Below are positions 60,215 to 64,000 of a stretch of DNA of 64,000 bases, piece by piece. The position numbers and the translations under genes were made by a program. Numbering within the stretch: position 1 is the first letter of the stretch; each line of letters opens with the position of its first letter. This DNA comes from Candidatus Bathyarchaeia archaeon (GTDB lineage: Archaea; Thermoproteota; Bathyarchaeia; Bathyarchaeales; Bathycorpusculaceae), in NCBI GenBank assembly GCA_050012755.1, contig JBEKGO010000005.1, positions 1-64,000 of the forward strand. The letters are read 5' to 3'. The notes beneath the pieces were generated by a model that ran no database searches, was not told the DNA's origin, and worked only from the letters and a program-made list of their open reading frames with translations.

Positions 60215-61570
60215 TTGTGGAGTTATTTCAAAATGAATTCTTACCCTAAAATTATTGTTTCCCCACCCGGCCCCAAGGCAAGGGAGCTCGTTATAAAGGA
60301 TGAACGGTTTGTCTCTCCATCGTATCTGCGGTTTTACCCACTTGTCGTTGAATCAGCAAACGACTGCGTGGTTAAGGACGTTGATGGAAACGAGTACATT
60401 GATCTTAACTCCGGCATAGCCTGTATGAACGTAGGCCATAACCATCCTCGCGTAGTTGAAGCCATAAAGAGCCAGTGTGACCGTTTTCTACATTATTCTA
60501 ACACGGACTTCTACTACAAAGAAGTCATCAATCTGGCAGAAAAGTTAGCTACCATAACTCCTGGAGAAGGTGAGAAAAAAACCTATTTCGGCAATAGCGG
60601 CACCGAAGCCGTAGAGGCAGCAATAAAGCTTGCAAAATGGCACACACGCAAACCCCAATTCATAGGATTCATCGACGCTTTTCACGGACGTACTATGGGT
60701 TCATTAGCTTTCACCGCGAGCAAACCGATTCAAAGGAGACACTTTTCTCCCTTTATGCCTGGAGTCGCTCACGTTCCTTACCCCCATTGCTACCGTTGCC
60801 CCTTCAAACTAGAGCAACCAGACTGTAATTATTGGTGCGCAGATTTTATTGAGGAACAAGTACTTCAAAAGTATATGCCTGCAGAAGATGTTGCAGCTAT
60901 TCTTTTTGAACCAATTCAGGGAGAAGGCGGCTATGTAGTTCCTCCAGCCGAGTTTTTCCAAAAACTCAAAAAAATCGCCGATAAATATGGAATACTGCTC
61001 ATCGATGATGAAGTCCAGTCTGGCATAGGCAGAACTGGCAAATGGTTCGCTATCGAGCACTGGGGCATCGAACCAGACATAATCTGTAGTTCAAAGGCTT
61101 TAGCGTCAGGCTTACCCATCGGCGCAACAATTGCCAACGCAAGAATTATGGATTGGACAAGTGGGTCGCATGCAAGCACTTTCGGCGGAAACCCGCTATC
61201 CTGTGCTGCTGCAGCGGCAGTTATAGATGTTATTAAGGAACAGCAATTGCTCGACAATGCTAACAAGCAAGGAACTTATACGATGAAAAGATTAGAAGAA
61301 CTCAAAGAATCTAACAGTATAGTTGGAGATGTACGTGGTAAAGGTCTAATGATTGGCGTTGAAATTGTCGAGGACAAAGAAACGAAAAAACCTTCTCATC
61401 AAAAAGCAACTGAAGTTATGGTGCGTTCATGGAAACGCGGAGTCGCCGTTGTCACTTGTGGCGTTTCAACGCTGAGGATAGTTCCACCACTAACAATACA
61501 AACTGAAATGCTTGCAACTGCATTGGATATCGTTGAAGATACAATTAATGAGGTCGCAAAAGAAGCATAG
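60215..61570 (+). CDS. Class III PLP aminotransferase (acetylornithine/4-aminobutyrate type)
   Basis: NSGTEAVE, FHGRT, EPIQGEGG, DEVQSGIGRTG, STFGGNP. Confidence 0.92.
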   Translation: MWSYFKMNSYPKIIVSPPGPKARELVIKDERFVSPSYLRFYPLVVESANDCVVKDVDGNEYIDLNSGIACMNVGHNHPRVVEAIKSQCDRFLHYSNTDFYYKEVINLAEKLATITPGEGEKKTYFGNSGTEAVEAAIKLAKWHTRKPQFIGFIDAFHGRTMGSLAFTASKPIQRRHFSPFMPGVAHVPYPHCYRCPFKLEQPDCNYWCADFIEEQVLQKYMPAEDVAAILFEPIQGEGGYVVPPAEFFQKLKKIADKYGILLIDDEVQSGIGRTGKWFAIEHWGIEPDIICSSKALASGLPIGATIANARIMDWTSGSHASTFGGNPLSCAAAAAVIDVIKEQQLLDNANKQGTYTMKRLEELKESNSIVGDVRGKGLMIGVEIVEDKETKKPSHQKATEVMVRSWKRGVAVVTCGVSTLRIVPPLTIQTEMLATALDIVEDTINEVAKEA

Positions 61571-61571
61571 G

Positions 61572-62126
61572 CTACTTTGCTTTCACTTTCTTCACCGTTC
61601 TACGCGGTTTTCTCTTAAGAGCAGTACCGCAAACTTTGCATTCCTTCGCCGAGCTGTTGGCTGGGTATTCTCGGAAACAAGCTGGGCAATACCTTATCCA
61701 CTCTAAAAGCCGTTTGATACCAAAAGTGACAAGCGCCGAAAATTCTATATTTAATTGTGTGGCAACATTCTGAATTGAGTAATCATCACTGACAATCTGA
61801 GGATTGTAACCCGTTGCTTTCAGTTCTAATGCTAAAGCTAGTAGTTCAATGTCAGTTTCCGATAATTTGAAGGAGTCGCCAACTTTGCTAGACGATGCTC
61901 TAATTTGATTTACGTATTCTCTTGACGGCGCTTTAACTTTCACCCGTCCGTTTTCTAATGCTGTTTCGAAGCGTAGCTTATTCATAGAATTTCTTTTTAT
62001 TTCTTCTTCAACCTTGGGAACAGTCACTTGCTCTACGTTTAATGAGAAAGGATCAAAACCTGCTACAAAAGCAGAAGTATCTAGAACAATAGCTCGTTTA
62101 CATGGGTTGTTGACTTGAGGATTCAT
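61572..62126 (-). CDS. nob1: Nob1 rRNA-processing PIN endonuclease
   Basis: VLDTSAF, LSETDIELLALA, SDDYSIQNVA, C-terminal Zn ribbon. Confidence 0.9.
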   Translation of the reverse strand: MNPQVNNPCKRAIVLDTSAFVAGFDPFSLNVEQVTVPKVEEEIKRNSMNKLRFETALENGRVKVKAPSREYVNQIRASSSKVGDSFKLSETDIELLALALELKATGYNPQIVSDDYSIQNVATQLNIEFSALVTFGIKRLLEWIRYCPACFREYPANSSAKECKVCGTALKRKPRRTVKKVKAK

Positions 62127-62971
62127 TCTGTTCCCTTAAAAAGCAAGCGGCTTTTCAGTCGGTCGTAAAAATCAGTTTCAAACCTTATGAAAGAGGTAAT
62201 GTTTTTGGATACTGTGACTACTAAGGTTGGCTGTTTACTGTTTATCTGTTTACGGTACTTCCCATCAATGAGAACAAGGATTTCCTCTGCCTTAGTTACG
62301 TTTAAAGTGATGGTGGAGTAGGCAGGAAAAACAAGTGGATGAAAAACTGTTAGCGGGCAGATGGGGGTGACAACGAAAGCGCCTACCGCTGGGTCTAAAA
62401 CTGGTCCACCTGCAGAAAATGAGTATCCAGTGGACCCTGTTTGGGTGGCTATAATTAGTCCGTCTGCTTGGCAATTGAGAATCGGTTTACCATCCTTGCA
62501 TATTTGCGTATAAAGTATTTTTGATGGTTCACCAGCAGAAATTACAACATCATTCAATGCGTCAGGTAAAATTTCTTCGCCCGCAATCACCGATAGTTTT
62601 GCGCTTTTCTCTATTTTGTATGTGCCTTTGAGAATTTTATCCACGGCTTCAAAAGCGTTCTTGGGTTCAATTTCAGTTAGAAATCCTCGGAGCCCCATGT
62701 TTATTGCTAAAATTGGCGGTTCAGGCTTACTTAGGCCTATACATGTTCGAAGTATTGTTCCGTCGCCGCCGATTGTTATTAAGAAGTCAGTTTTCATTTT
62801 TGAGAGGGGAACCATCTCTTCCTTAGTGGCAATTTTTCCCGCGAGCGTATCTTCGATGTAAACTCTCAATCCTTTCTTCGCAAGATACTCTGCAAGCTCT
62901 TCCGCAAGCTTCAATGCAGATTTCCTATCGTAGCGGGCAATTATTCCTACACTTTTGAACAATAATTCCAA
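62123..62971 (-). CDS. nadK: NAD kinase
   Basis: GGDGTIL, GFLTE, ADGLIIATQTGSTGYSFSAGGP. Confidence 0.93.
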   Translation of the reverse strand: MELLFKSVGIIARYDRKSALKLAEELAEYLAKKGLRVYIEDTLAGKIATKEEMVPLSKMKTDFLITIGGDGTILRTCIGLSKPEPPILAINMGLRGFLTEIEPKNAFEAVDKILKGTYKIEKSAKLSVIAGEEILPDALNDVVISAGEPSKILYTQICKDGKPILNCQADGLIIATQTGSTGYSFSAGGPVLDPAVGAFVVTPICPLTVFHPLVFPAYSTITLNVTKAEEILVLIDGKYRKQINSKQPTLVVTVSKNITSFIRFETDFYDRLKSRLLFKGTE

Positions 62972-63038
62972 CTCAGTAAAATAGCGTGAACTTAATCTAT
63001 ATTAAGCTTTTAAGGTATTCTGGACAAGGTCGATGTGA

Positions 63039-63842
63039 ATGACAACTTCGCCCAAGACTATGCCTGTTCTCTTTGTTGGTCATGGTTCACCAATGAACAT
63101 CGTTCTCCATAACAGCTACACTGAAAGTCTCGTCAAAGCCGCTAAAGACCTTCCAAAGCCCAAAGCAATACTTGTAGTCTCGGCTCATTGGCTAACAAAC
63201 GGCACATACGTAACATGCGTTGAAAAGCCAAAAACAATCTACGATTTCTACGGGTTTCCAGACGAATTATACAAATTGAGTTATCCAAGCCCCGGCTCAC
63301 CAGACAACGCTCAACTAGCAATCAAAGTGGCAAAGTCAACTCAGATAAAATGTGGAAACTGGGGGCTAGACCATGCTGCGTGGGCTGTCTTGAAACATAT
63401 GTATCCCGCGGCTGACATTCCAGTTTTTGAGATGAGCCTCGACTACTCGCCCTACAACAATTGGAATCCAAAGCCTCTGGAGTTTCATTACAAATTAGCT
63501 TCAGAACTTGCACCTCTACGAGAAAAGGGCGTTCTTATTATCGGAAGCGGAAACATCGTTCACAACCTGGGGCTCATTGATTTCGACACCGACGCTAAAC
63601 CCTTCGATTGGGCTGTAAAATTTGACGAAAAAGTCAAACAATGCCTAGTTTCAGGAAATCACAAAGACCTCATCAACTACACGGAGTTAGGAAAAGAAGC
63701 CCCTTATGCAGTGCCCACTCAAGACCATTATCTGCCAATGATTTACGCAATTGGACTGCAGAAAAAAGGGGAAACTCTGAAATTTATCCATGAAGGTTTT
63801 CAAAACGGCTCAGTGTCAATGCGAGCCTTCCAGATAGGATAA
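63039..63842 (+). CDS. ygiD: Extradiol ring-cleavage dioxygenase (4,5-DOPA dioxygenase/LigB family)
   Basis: FVGHGSPM, SAHW, YDFYGFP, GLDHAAW, GSGNIVHNL, PTQDHYLP. Confidence 0.88.
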   Translation: MTTSPKTMPVLFVGHGSPMNIVLHNSYTESLVKAAKDLPKPKAILVVSAHWLTNGTYVTCVEKPKTIYDFYGFPDELYKLSYPSPGSPDNAQLAIKVAKSTQIKCGNWGLDHAAWAVLKHMYPAADIPVFEMSLDYSPYNNWNPKPLEFHYKLASELAPLREKGVLIIGSGNIVHNLGLIDFDTDAKPFDWAVKFDEKVKQCLVSGNHKDLINYTELGKEAPYAVPTQDHYLPMIYAIGLQKKGETLKFIHEGFQNGSVSMRAFQIG

Positions 63843-64000
63843 AAACCACATGGTTTTTCAATATTCAATATGTTTTGTTGATGCTTTTGTATACCGTCTT
63901 GTTCGAGTGAGGCTTTCTTCTTTTTTTCTCACAGTGACCGAGGTATAGGTCAAAAGTTTATACAGTATGATATACAGTTTGATATACAGTTGTGAGTCTA

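Overview
Archaeal DNA, most likely Bathyarchaeia (inferred from PolD DP1/DP2, Elf1, Sec61beta, GGGP synthase, Nob1 and DUF2070). Bases 1-23165 are an integrated mobile/defence island. It starts with a tyrosine integrase carrying an N-terminal Zn-ribbon (cut by the left edge, absent from the ORF track) and ends at a tRNA-Ser-like 3' att fragment. Its cargo is a type I R-M system, a frameshifted DarT with DarG, GIY-YIG, HEPN-motif and Mrr-like nucleases, an HD/YwgA pair and a PIN/AbrB toxin-antitoxin module. The rest is core chromosome: an aconitase-IDH-ATP-citrate-lyase operon, housekeeping genes and a replication origin with ORB boxes beside cdc6 and DP1. Three non-coding structures stand out. 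(1) A satellite-like array of about 30 TTGGWCCAA units at 11-bp phase, with clusters recurring every ~168 bp, wraps two tiny DNA-binding genes next to the Mrr-like nuclease. (2) A recurring element of 7-9 strictly 10-bp-phased units with differing cores is followed by a conserved 32-bp CAACCTGCAAA-N5-CAAACCCYAAACCAAA motif. (3) TGTGA-rich arrays surround three origin-linked HTH-like genes, one probably membrane-anchored. All calls come from reading the sequence; no searches were run.
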